A stretch of 62,619 bases of DNA, the filler included, from Vannella sp. (Eukaryota): the NCBI GenBank assembly GCA_023345925.1. It is 7 parts of 7 records of this genome, joined end to end, with 100 filler letters (N's around TTAATTAATTAA, not from the genome) between each part and the next. Parts side by side here need not be neighbours in the genome. Positions count along the whole stretch, not along the records: positions 19,372 to 30,830 come from JAJQQN010000732.1; positions 30,931 to 40,620 come from JAJQQN010001358.1; 5 more parts are not named here. One strand, given 5' to 3'. The translations under genes and the position numbers were made by a program. Under the pieces are notes generated by a model. The model ran no database searches, was not told the origin of the DNA, and worked only from the letters and a program-made list of their open reading frames with translations. Positions 26,216 to 37,972 of the stretch are shown one piece after another. Within the stretch, counting starts at the first letter, position 1; each line of letters opens with the position of its first letter.

Positions 26216-29200
26216 TTACGCTTTGAGAGTGACAAGAACTGTGACGATCTGGAAAGGGGCCAGGCTTAGAGTGAAAGAGCGTTGGTCCTCAGACAAGTGC
26301 AAATCGTATTCCTTGTCGTCGATGGGCTCTTCGAGAAGGTTAACAATCGTTACACTCTCAACAGCTTGAGCCAGCCGCACGCGGCAACCTAGTTGGGCGC
26401 CACCAAAGGATTCGTAGAAGCGCAAGACTACTGAGTCCGAGTCTTCTGCCATCTTAACAGCATCGAGCAACAAGGCGGGGCAGTTCTCCACTTGAGCAAA
26501 GGCATACTCGGCAAGGGCAGCACCGGGTACCAAGTGTGCTTGGAGGGGGCTGTTGAACTGTAAAGCCTGTTGAATGACACCAGCTTCTTGGAAAGAGCTT
26601 TCATGAGGCAGCAGACCATAGCGGAAGACCTGCTGGCCCATGTCTGCAGTCTCATCAGGCGCTTTGGGAGAACGCAACAGAGACAGAGACAGCAGAGAGC
26701 CACGGGCACTGTACCCATACTTGCAATCATTCACAAGAGCAGCTCCAAAGTTGTACTCAGAAAGGTCAGCAAAGCGGTGAGCGCACACTTCAAAGCGGGC
26801 CATATCCCAAGAAGTGTTAAAGTGAGTGGGCCGTTGGACCCAACCATAAGGAATCTCGTAAGTGCATTGTTGACTTCGGATGGCCAAGGGGAATTGCACC
26901 TTCAAGAACTTATGCGCTTCGTGCCACTGGACAGTTGTGTTAAAGTGGAGCATGGCACTACAGCAGTCCAAACTGATCTCTTGGCTTATAGAACTGTTCT
27001 TGCTGATGGGAATATTGAAGCGGATGGTCACCCGAAGAGGTCCCTTCTCTTTCACCTCCCATTTGATGTCATCAGAAGAGGACTTGGTATGGAACTCGAT
27101 TGGTTTCTCAGCATGATACACATCAACATCCCAGGCATCCCAATACAGAGGTTGGTCGTCAAACAGGACAAAGTGATTGGCAGACGCACCGTCAGGAATC
27201 ACTTGCCGGCCAGTTGCTCTCCACAGTAAGCTAGTCAAGTGGCCGCTCACATCAACAGTGGCTGTTACCCAACGGTTCTCCAGCACAAAGTGTCCTTCTG
27301 CTTCAGTCAACGTTACTTTGTCGCTTTCAAGACACTTTTCGAAGGAAGAAGTATCTTGGATGACAAACCCGCTGGCAGGGACACTTGCAATAGCAAGCCC
27401 GTTTCCTTCCCCGCTAGGCTGGGCGGAATCAGCGTACTGAGAAGGCACTTGTACTAGTTCTCTTCGAGAGAAGCCGAAGGGGTTATTAACCAACCATGCA
27501 GGAGCACTCTCTGGAGTTTGAGACGCTGCCAGAGCTGAAATTAGGCGAGTGTGAAGCTGTGCTGCTTCTTGGAAGACAGTTTCATAGAGGATATCTGTAT
27601 CCTCAAAGACACAGTGGATGGAGGTACCAGGAATCACGTCGTGGAACTGATTCAACAACACCACTTTCCACCACTTCTCAATGTCCTCCCTGGCGTAGTC
27701 CTGCTGGCCCCGCAAAGCAGCAGCAACAGAGAGTATCTCAATCTCCCGAAGGGTCTCCTCAGCACGGCGATTGGAGAGCTTGTTCTTAGCCTGGGTCGTG
27801 TAAGTGCCTCGGTGGTATTCAAAATACAATTCTCCAGACCACACGCAGAACTCAGCCTCACGCTCTTCGAGCCTTCTAAAGAAGTCATGGGGAGATCCAA
27901 AACGCACATTGGGAAGACCACCCGAGGCAGAGTCCCGCATTCGGGACAGTAACTCGAGCATTTTGGGGTTTGGACCGCCTCCTCCATCTCCGTGTCCGAA
28001 GAGGAGCAGCGCATTATCAGAACGCTCTTTGTCCTTGCAATTCCACTCTGACTTGAGGATATCGGCTGGGGTAGCGTGAGAGCAGTAGTTGTCGGCCGGA
28101 GGGAAATGCGTTATAACGCGGGAGCCGTCCAATCCTTCCCACACAAACGTGCTATGAGGGAACGTGTTCACCTGATTCCAAGAGAGCTTCTGGGTCAAGA
28201 AGTACTTCATCCCTGCCAGCCTGATGATCTGGGGAAGCTGGGCAGCGTAACCAAAAGTATCTGGCAACCAGAATACCGGACTTGGCTCGCATCCAGGGAA
28301 CTGTTTCTTGAAGAACCGTTGCCCATACATAAACTGGCGGACTAAGGACTCCCCTGAAGGTAGATTGCAGTCCATTTCAACCCAAGTTCCTCCAACAGGC
28401 ACGAATTGGCCTCTCTTGGCTGCCTCCTGGATCTCCTGGAAGAGAGCAGGGTAGTCTTCTAAGAGCCATTGATACTGTTGGGCTTGAGAGGCAGCGAATT
28501 GGTACTCAGAGAACTCTTCCATCAGCCGCAATTGAGTGGACCAGCTTCGAGCGCACTTTCGCTTTGTCTCCGCGTAGGGCCATAGCCAGGCTGTGTCAAT
28601 GTGACAGTGACCTACAGCTGTCAAGTTGAACCCTGCAGAGTGTGGATGGCCCCGTCTGCTCTCAGCACCAGCGAAGTAAGTATCTGCAACTTGACTTGCA
28701 GCGGCGAAGGTGCTCGAGTCATCCAAGTGGCAGACGTTAATCATCTCGTTAGCCACTCTCAAAGCCTCTGCAGCCTCCCACGAGTCCTCCTTCTGCTCCT
28801 GCGGCAATGTTCAGTGTCGGAGTGGACCTCCCTCCTTCGATGCGTTACCTTGGCGATGCCAGAGATGAGCAAGTAGTCATGGTAGAGCTTCCAGAACTCA
28901 GGAAGGACGAGAGCCAAGTGAGCAGTGAGAATGGAGTACTCCCGAGACTCATCTGGCGCAGTCGGTCCGACTTCCCAGTTTGAGTTGCCAAAGAGCTCGT
29001 TGCAAGCACACTCCAGGTAGAACCCTTCCTTGACATCCTCATAGTGAGGGGAAGGTGATACGCGAACTCGCTCTCGTCGGTCTTCGCCCTTCTGGCCATT
29101 GAGAGCTTGGAGAGGGCGTCCGCTCTTAGTCCACAGTAACGCTTCGCCTCCGCAATCAAACACGATGTGGACTTGACCACGGTTAATCCACTCCTCTGGG

Positions 29201-29439
29201 ATGGTAGTAGAAACGCGTATCCAGTGAGTAGACCACAAAGGGCCAAGTTTCGCGCCGACGTCGACCTTTTCGTAGACGTTCCCCGCTGCTGTCGCCTCCT
29301 TGAAGGACACACGGTCAGGTGCAGGCCAATGCTCCAAAACAACGTCTCTCTTGTCGTGATAGAAGCTCGCCTCCAGCAGCAACTTGCCCTTAAACTTCTC
29401 CACGCGCTCGAGAGTGATCTTCCGATGCTTCTCGAGCAT
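26216..29439 (-). CDS. MAN2C1: Cytosolic/vacuolar alpha-mannosidase (GH38, MAN2C1/Ams1)
   Basis: MLEKHRKITLERVEKF start; GHCHIDTAWLWP, FWLPDTFGY, GHGDGGGGP, ELYFEYHRGTYT, NQFHDVIPG; one intron near 28799-28849. Confidence 0.95.
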
Positions 29440-29490
29440 CCTGGCACCAGCAAATGGTGTTCCAGTGCGACTACAAAGTAACTTAACCAT

Positions 29491-30545
29491 TTATTGGGCT
29501 TCTGGACTGCCCCACAGACGGACAGTGCCATCGGCAGAGCTGGAGAGGAAAAGGCCGCTTTCTGGGTGGCAGGAGAGACCAGAGACGATGCCTTTGTGAC
29601 CATGCAGTCGCTGGACGACCTGGCTATCCACCATGTCCCAGAGAACCACCTTGTGGTCCTCTGAGCCGGAGATGACAAGTGCATCGTCGAAGGTTAGGCC
29701 ACTACGGACGATATAGTTGGTGTTCTGGTGTCCAGTATAGCTACTTGCGTCATGAGAGACTACTAGAGGCCGGGGGAGGAGGAGGAGAAGGAGAGAAGGA
29801 GCAAACTCGTACCTTCGGAAGAGCGCGCCGTCCTCCTTGCCAAGGAGGCGTACAGTGTTGTTGAGGCAGCTAACCAGAATGCAGTTACCATCGTTTGATA
29901 GGCTGACGTGAGTGACAGGGCTGTGCATCTGGTCAGTGCGCAGTTTACCCATTCGGATATCATAGCAGCGGACAAAGCCATCTACAGAGCTTCCCTTGTT
30001 GTCAGTTCGCGAGATAACTTCAACCAACCAACTAGCATTAAGTCTGGGACCCACCCAGTGAAGATCTCGTGCCCTTTCACAAGGACGGAGGTGATGCTGT
30101 CCGCTGCCTCAGAGAGGACTTGAAGAGGCTCATATCCACGTGAAGCTAGATCCCATATCTTAACTGTGCGATCCTCTGAACCAGACAGGAGGAGCGTAGC
30201 GGTCTCATTGAAGGCAACAGCGTTGATAGTCTGATCATGACCGCGAATTCTTCTCGTAGCGCCGTTGCTGGCGGTCTCTACGTCCCATAGAAGTATCGTC
30301 TTCTCCTTTCCACAGGAGGAGAAGCGTGCATTGTCGAAGGAGATCGAGACATCGAGCACTTCGTACGAATGGCCGGTGAAGGAAGCGATCTGTTGCCCTG
30401 AACGCGGGTTCCACAAGCGCACTGTTCTGTCATTACCACCACTCATGCAGTATCTCCCATTAGGAGAGAACTTGCAGTTCCACACTGCCCCTTTGTGCCC
30501 TTCCAACACCTGAAGCAGAGCGAACCCCCCCGATCCGGACGCCAT
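29491..30545 (-). CDS. WDR83: WD40 repeat protein, WDR83/MORG1-like
   Basis: GHKGAVWNCKFSPNGRYCMSGGNDRTVRLWNP, GHSYEVLD, GSVDGFVRCYDIRMG, SGSEDH; two introns. Confidence 0.88.
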
Positions 30546-30830
30546 CCCCAAATGATTCATTCTAATGTTCCAGATGCATCGTAGCTTGTCTCCGCCTCCG
30601 CTTACGTAACCGCTGGCTGTCAGGTTGTGGCGTGGAGATTGAAGTGCCACTGAACTCGAGGCGATAGTGTGATCATTCGATGGCCTTTATAATTCGATGA
30701 AGTAGACAAGGAGGTTCGCTTCTATCACACGCTGGTTCTATCGCACGCTACTGTGGCCTCGTCAAGAAGCTTTTGAGTTCGACGGTGGACTGACTCCCAC
30801 ATTGAGGCGTTTCTAAGTGATGCCGAAAAC

Positions 30831-30930
30831 NNNNNNNNNNNNNNNNNNNNNNNNNNNNNNNNNNNNNNNNNNNNTTAATTAATTAANNNNNNNNNNNNNN
30901 NNNNNNNNNNNNNNNNNNNNNNNNNNNNNN
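30831..30930. other. Artificial contig spacer
   Basis: N44-TTAATTAATTAA-N44. Confidence 0.99.
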
Positions 30931-31271
30931 CATTGGAATGCAAGAACGAGGAGCTTCTTTTGAAGAAATCCCAATTGGAAGCAACAACCATGGCGCTCAT
31001 GAGATCCGAAGGCCACCTTCACGCTCGCGGAGTCATCGAGCAGGTGGAAGTTCTCTTGGGCAAGGAAGCCACAGAGAGCAGATCTGACTTCTGGACAGCC
31101 GTCTCCATGGGAAGGCCAACGCTCTTCGCCAGCGTTCGGGAATGCTATGAGCCGACATGGACTGATGAACAGATCATCAGGGACATCGTTGAATTCCACG
31201 AGGAGTTGTCAGGAATGCCCAACATTCCACTTCATCATTTGGCCAAGCGCTCCTCTAAGGCAGATGCATAA
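30931..31271 (+). CDS. Hypothetical protein, 5'-partial (possible pseudogene)
   Basis: Frame open from the contig edge; coiled-coil-like start then GHLHARGVIE...FW...ELS; the same frame stays open past the TAA to 31366. Confidence 0.4.
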
Positions 31272-31295
31272 CAAGCCCTCCTCCCTCCAGGAGAA

Positions 31296-31363
31296 AAGGA
31301 GTGCATTGCCAATCCCCAGAAGGAACGAATAAATCGCTTGTTCTCGAAGGAGTGCATTGCCAA
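31296..31363 (+). repeat. 17-bp direct repeat
   Basis: AAGGAGTGCATTGCCAA at 31296-31312 and 31347-31363. Confidence 0.9.
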
Positions 31364-31582
31364 GTGACATCTATATCCACTAGTGATTGGTGGATCCAGG
31401 CACTCTCGGCTTGTGTTGATGACGCGATGAACGAGGATGGAATGGGAAAGGTTTGTCTGCTGAGATGAAGTGAATCAGAGTGTTTCCAGTCATTGGACCA
31501 GTGGACGCCTCTGACTTCCTTATCGATGTGTATTACAATCGCAAAAGGGGACTTCTTACCGGCCCGGAGATGCGACGCTGCG

Positions 31583-32647
31583 TCACAGAAAGCGGGCACT
31601 CTTGTTTCTGCTGCGGCTGAGTGAATGCGGGAACGCGGGCAGGACATGACTAAGCGTGGGAGTGAGTTGATTTTCCCTGTTGTTGAGACCGAGTTCTCCG
31701 TATCTGTTCCGCCCAAAGACCAGTAGGCCGCCTTTCTGTGGGAACGCCAGAGAATGGGCCTTTCCCGCAACCAGGGCACTCATTCCCTCCAGCAAAGGCT
31801 CTAAGGTCGGTGATTGATGATCAGAATTAGTTCCCGATCCCAATTGCCCAAATGCACCGCGTCCCCATGTCCAGGCGCGGCTGTTCTCATCCAGAGAGAG
31901 AATGTGGTAGCATCCACAGGAGACTGCAAGCATAGGAGGGATGTTGCTGATTCGCTGAAGCTTTCCTTCATAGCTATCTGTTGTAGAGCGCCCCAGTTGG
32001 CAATAAAGGTTGTCTCCAGAGGAGAAGACGCCTCCTTCCGAGTCAATGAGAATCACTCCTTCGTCCAGGGCAGCCAGGCATCGAAGAGGTCCTTCCAAAC
32101 GGCCTTCCACCTGGATGAGGGTCAGTTGAAGTACGCTGTTGGTGTGGCCGAGGCCCAGTTGCCCCTTGGAGTTGCTGCCCAACGCCCAGAGTCCTTCCTC
32201 TGCCTCTGCCACGAGAAAGTTGCAGCCGCAAGCCACCTTGAGAAGTGGAGGGAGACCTTCCATCTTATGTGGGAGATTCTGCGCCCAAGGGAGAACAGTG
32301 CCGCTTGTCCACACCCAAAGGCAACCTTCAGTGTCTACGGCGGCGCTGTGATACTCGCCAGCAGTCACCAAAGCGATGCAAGGCAGGTTTGGAATTCGCT
32401 TGAAAGTGAAGGAGAGAGAAGGGTACCAATAGATACCAGCCTCCCACACACCGCCCTCCGCATCAAGAACGAGGGAGTGAGAGTCTCCCCAGTCCACCAG
32501 AACCGGCTGCGGGCCATTCCAGGGGACCTTTGCAGGCTTCCATTGGTGTCTCTTGTGACCGAGACCAAGTTGGCCTTCGTCGTTATCTCCAAAAGCCCAA
32601 AGGCCCCCTTCCAAGGAGAGAAGAAGCGTGTGGTGGCCAAAAGGCAT
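31583..32647 (-). CDS. Intronless RCC1-repeat (beta-propeller) protein
   Basis: Repeated G.N..GQLGLG and .G..HS units across about 354 aa; close paralog of 18700-19271. Confidence 0.88.
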   Translation of the reverse strand: MPFGHHTLLLSLEGGLWAFGDNDEGQLGLGHKRHQWKPAKVPWNGPQPVLVDWGDSHSLVLDAEGGVWEAGIYWYPSLSFTFKRIPNLPCIALVTAGEYHSAAVDTEGCLWVWTSGTVLPWAQNLPHKMEGLPPLLKVACGCNFLVAEAEEGLWALGSNSKGQLGLGHTNSVLQLTLIQVEGRLEGPLRCLAALDEGVILIDSEGGVFSSGDNLYCQLGRSTTDSYEGKLQRISNIPPMLAVSCGCYHILSLDENSRAWTWGRGAFGQLGSGTNSDHQSPTLEPLLEGMSALVAGKAHSLAFPQKGGLLVFGRNRYGELGLNNRENQLTPTLSHVLPAFPHSLSRSRNKSARFL

Positions 32648-32751
32648 CCGAACAAATGGCAATTAGAGCCATCGTGAGAAAATGTCTTCACATGAATTTT
32701 TATAGATTTTTAAAGGGGACGATTTTGATGAGGTTGGGAATCACTTTGGTG

Positions 32752-33389
32752 ATGGCGCGATACCAGAAGAGGCTGCAGAGGGAGCTGAAGGACTTCCAGA
32801 CCAACCCGCCCACGGGCATTGAAGTCGAGCAAGCGGATAATCTGACATTGTACGTATGTGATGGTTGCCCAGTGGGAGTGTTGACAGAAGTAGGTGGGTG
32901 ATCAAGCTTGTTGGCGTGGAAGGAACTATTTATGAGGGAGAAGTGTTCCGTCTTCGCTTCCGCTTTGGGGATCAGTACCCTATGGACTCTCCTGAAGTGA
33001 GCCAATAGTTTCTGTATCAAGTTGTTACTAACCTGGTAACCAGGTGGTGTTCATTGGAGAGAGCCCGTGCCACCCTCACATCTACACGAATGGTTCGTCC
33101 TCCCTCTGGCGATGAGTGTCCACCGACTTACCAGATGCAGGACACATCTGTCTGAGCATTCTCTATGACAAGTGGTCCCCTGCCCTCACCGCTGTCTCAG
33201 TCTCCGTCAGCATCCAAAGCATGTTGTCCAGTTGTGAGAGGAAAGAGCGACCCGAAGACAACGACAGATACACTCGATCGTGCGGTGGCAAGTCTCCCAA
33301 AGACACCAAGTGGTAAGTCACGTCCTCCCCCACTCTTTCCCTTCCCACGGCTCATTCCCCGAAGGGCCTTCCACGATGATACAGTCTAG
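32752..33389 (+). CDS. UBE2W: Ubiquitin-conjugating enzyme E2 W
   Basis: KRLQREL, YPMDSPE, HPHIYTNGHICLSIL, WSPAL...SIQSMLSS, PEDNDRY, C-terminal KWAFHDDTV; four introns. Confidence 0.93.
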
Positions 33390-33463
33390 CGCCCCTACGA
33401 TCAATGGAGGGGTTGATCTTTGGTATATATACATCAAGATAGTTGAAACAGTGGCCAGGGAGC

Positions 33464-36400
33464 TCAATTGATGACGTTGTCCTTCTCCATGGACTTGGCA
33501 CTTTTTGTCCGGGAAATACGGAACCGGGAAATACTGTTGGGTATCCTTTGGACTCGAGGGGTGGCTGCCTCTTCTCTACGTATCTCTGAAGGTGCTGGTA
33601 TTGATGGCGTTGGGCTGGTCAAGCGCCTGGCATTCATGTTTCCGTGGAGCGGATTAATCACTTTCGTGACCTTCTCTCCGTGTGTGTCGTAGACCACTTG
33701 AGGATGGCATTCTTCCAGTTTGCTATTGCGAGGAGTCGCTGCTGGAAGCGGAGATTTTGATTTGCTCTCCTGTCGGGCACTAGCGGGCGGGGGAGGAGAA
33801 GGGAGAGGTTCTGGCTCAATAACACTCACTTCAGTCTCAGATAAATCCTCAATGAACTGTTGGAAACTGAGGTCTGCTTCATACTCGTACGGAGCCTCCT
33901 GGAAGTGAGCGAGCTCGTAAATAATCTCCGCCATTTTGTGGAACTTCCAAAAGTTGACTTCGGAGCGGTCTTCGTTGAAGGTGCTGTTGTTGTTGGATAA
34001 GCTGAATAAGTCCTTTGTGTGAACACCTAGAAAGGGAATGGATGGAGGGGCTGCTCCTCGTAAGGCTTTGCGATAGGCCAAGTTGCCCCCACTCATATCA
34101 AAGAGAGCTCGCATCTCTTGAAAACATTGCTGAAGGTCAGAAGGAATCGCTCTCCAGGCTCTGCGCATCTGATTGTTATTGGTCTTGTCTAGACCAAGTG
34201 TCACAGCACAGCTGGTATTGAAATTCTTCATCCCCAGACATTCTCGGGCTAACTTAATGAACTGCCGGATCATCTTTGACTTGCCATGGCTATCTTTCAC
34301 CTCCATAATGCTCGAGGATGTCCAATAATAGATCATATCAAAGTGTTTGGCCCAATCTAGACGCGCTGGATTCCTTTCTGGGTTCTCTTTGAGCAGCTCG
34401 AACGGTATCAATCGTTGCATTCGCTCATAATCCATTAAACAAAGCTGCTTAGCAGCACTCCGAGCGACTAAAGGAAAGTGTGAGTATCAATAAATCACTT
34501 ATCACTTCATATTACTCACACCCTGACCGCATCATCGCATCCTTGCTCCAAAGAGTCCTGCCTAAATCCAAGTTTTCCTCATTTCCACCGATTATTGACG
34601 CGATTTTTGGTGCTCGCCGGCGCTATAGAAAGGTCAGAACTTACATCCTGAAGTAAAACTGAAAGCAAGATACCTTTCGGCAGGCCTTCAGAATGGAAAG
34701 AAAGAAAAAGGACTCATCAGCACTCAACATATCCACGTTGGCCAGGAATTGAGATATCTTAGCCTCTACTGTTGGCTGGCGCAATAAGTCTTTGGAGTAT
34801 CGGTAGAACCAGAGCCGGAGAATGTACAAAACACGGCTTCGGGTTTGAACGAAAACTTCAAGAGCAATCTGCCGCTCGGCGTAGTTGGAAGAATCGTGGT
34901 CTGGAATGGTGCTGCATTGACGAAGTAAAAGATCTAATAGAAGAGCTGTGCTGATATAGTGATTGTGCGTCCAGCATAATTGAAGAATAAGGTTTTCTGT
35001 GACAGCTGCCAGATCCTCTTCAAGCAGAATAGAGACGAAATCCTCAACTTTCCCCATTGCCACAACGAATCTTCCTTCTTCTATCTGGCAGAGAGCGCCT
35101 TTGTGGAAGAATTGAATGATTTCGGGCTTCTTTCCTTCCGCGTGTCCTGAAGAACGCGAGTATGACTGTTGATAGAGATAAAGAATCTTGCTTGGGAGAG
35201 GCCGAAGAGATGTGAGATAGCGACGCAACCGAGGATCCTCTACAAGGTCATTGTAAACCGTCCCTCTAGCCTCAGAGATAAACCGAGAAAGGACTCTAAG
35301 TTTGGTGAAATTGATCTTCCTCCTGGCCATATCTCCGCCCTTCTTTGACTGAGCAGAAATCCCCATAAACTGCTTGTATACCAGATCTAAACAAGCAGTC
35401 AGTGGAATGAATAGGGGGTTCCCGGGCTGGTAAGTACCGAGTCCATAGATAATTGGTCGATGCTCTTTGAAGACCCGATAGGCGAAGAGTTCATAATGCA
35501 TGGACTGAGCAACGCTGTTCACTAAGCTTTGGAATAGAGTCTTTGTCTCAGCAGTTAAAACATCCCAGGCTTTGGTCAGACACTCGACAGCTGGGGACAG
35601 AAGTGCATGAGCGACTATCCAGCCCACTTGGTAATTGTGGAGTAATAAGAGTTCCTGTCGAATGTAAGCGATCTCAAAGGCTTAATAGTGATGACTCACT
35701 TCTAATAGTCGGATGAAGAAGCCAATAGTCTTCATTTGCTCACGATGGTGCGGCCTCGTTAGAACTTCAGTGAGAACCCACCGTTCCACCTGACGAACTT
35801 GAGTGAGTCTTATCAATGTTGCCTGTCTCACAAACATACCTTCTCGTTCCAGTCGTATACACAGGCAACACTGGGGCAAAAGCGACGGACATCCTCAGAG
35901 CTGTAAAAGAGTGCGAGCTGGCCAGCAGTAATTCCTCGATAGAGCTCTTGATAATACAAAGTTATTTCGCCTGCCAAGGCACGAGGGTCTATCTGGATCA
36001 GGCTAGGTAGCCCTTCATCGGCCAACACCACTTCAGGGGCCAAAATGGGAGGTACTTGAGCTACTTTTTGAGAGACATCCAAAAGGGCCAATAGCTCGCG
36101 GATTTGGGCGCCTTGAATCTGCCTTCTTGCGAAAGCTCTCACATCTTCCAATACAAAAGGAAAGAACTCTGCATCTGGCAGATAGTTGGCAATCCAATTC
36201 TGGTAGACAGAAACAGTCTGATACTGGAAATTGGACTTGCTCGCCCGATTCAGTGACGGTGTGCTCTCTCGATACCGACCCTGAAGTAACTCATGGAGCT
36301 CTCTAGGCTTCAAAAAGAACCGATACAACTCCAAAAAGTCGGCCAAAAACTCCTCGTCTTCCCCAAAGTGAGTTCTCTCACTGGAAGAGACTAAAACCAC

Positions 36401-37804
36401 ACCAACCTGTTATAGCAACCACTTTGGCAACCAAACGAGAGATGCCAATTCTTGCTAGCAGCCCAGTGGAACATGACTTTGAATAAGAGAAACCTCTAGT
36501 CAGTTCCAAAGTTCCAAAGCTGATTACTATGACTTACCATGAGAGGCTCTTCATAGCTCAATGACCGAGGAGGGGCAAGCTCTGGGTGAATGCAAATGTC
36601 CGGTTTGGTCCTCTTGTGGCCAAATTTGGTCATTGAACCGATCTGCAACTGTTTGCTCTCCGTCATAAGCACCTTTGTGAGTAGCTAGAGTGAGTATCTT
36701 TCGAGAGAGTGGCGACCCACGCTTACCATCAGCTCAGTAACAGAACGATTCAGTTTTCGAAGGTCCTGGGCGAGGCAAAGATCACTTGAGCTGCTCTCTC
36801 CATACTCTCTGGCCTCCAGTTGGCGAGGAGTGATAAAGACCACTCCTTCCCCCGTATCAGAGGAAGGAGATTCGATCTCTGAGCTCGGATGCAGCACTGC
36901 CTTGATGAATCTGCCCCTTTGAGACTCTGAATTGGACTCTGTGTCAGAGATAGCAATCGATTCCTTGCCACTGAAGTCTCCGCTTGTGTCCTGTTGGCCC
37001 TTATCTGACCGCCAAAGGGGCGGGAGGATATTCACGCCACTTTGGTGCATCATTCTGTTCACTTCGTCCTTCTGCTTGGTGTTGAGAAGGTCCCCAGTCG
37101 ATATGGACTTCTGAAACCTCTTCATAGGAAGGGGCATCGACTTCCGGACTTCCGAACTTCCAACTGAATCAGATTGAGCACCGTTCTGCTCACGTTAGAG
37201 CTAGTCTACTGGATAGAGAGAAGTCGCCTACCTTTGAACTACGCAATGGAATAGAATCGTCCTGTCTGCGAGGAGCCACGATGGAAGATGAACGAAGAGC
37301 CACCGACCCTTCACTCTTCGTTCCAATAACGAGCCCTCCTTCATGCGGTGCGCCTGTGTGCTTGAGGAGTCGAACAACTTGGCGGTAAAGCAACTTGCTA
37401 CGAAAGTCGTGAGACTTGATCAAGGACAAGGGAGTGCATCCCGAGTCAGTGAGAAGGTCAGGAGAAGCTTTCTTCTCAAGCAGCAGCTTGCAGACCTATT
37501 CCTAAGGTTAGAAAACGAGCTCTCTATCATCGTAGTTGGCTCCACAAACCTCCAGCTCGCCTGCATTTGCTGCAAAGTGCAAAGCGGTGTAACCGTTGTC
37601 CCCCCTTGCATCAATGACAGTGGAAGGCTTGCTCAAGATAAGCATAACAGTCTTAAAGTTCCCCTCAAGCGCAGCGATGTGCAACTCGTTACACGGGCCG
37701 TACTGCTTACAGGGGGGTGTCCCCAACCCCAACAACTCGCTTGGGATCACCTCCATCGCTCCAGGCCGGCGGGACCGAAGCCGCTGGCTCTTTACCCCAC
37801 TCAT
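33464..37804 (-). CDS. Ankyrin-repeat protein with two tandem RasGEF (REM plus CDC25) modules
   Basis: Ankyrin repeats (LHIAALEGN, GYTALHFAANAG); REM1 FLADFLELYRFFL; CDC25-like IDPRALAGEITL...INFTKLR; REM2 WTHNHYIST; CDC25 KNFNTSCAV, PPSIPFLGVHTKDL, VNFWKF. Many introns; exact exon model partly uncertain. Confidence 0.8.
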
Positions 37805-37972
37805 GATAACCAAACACGACGTGTAAGCCCCAAGACACGTGTCCACACGCCCAACTGCCAGAGAGACCACCGGCGGGCGGTCGGCAGCAAAGAATGATCC
37901 AAATAGGAAGTGCCACACCAATCGTTTGGTGTGGCCGTCGTTCAAGGGCTCAAAGCTTTGTTATTTGAGCTC

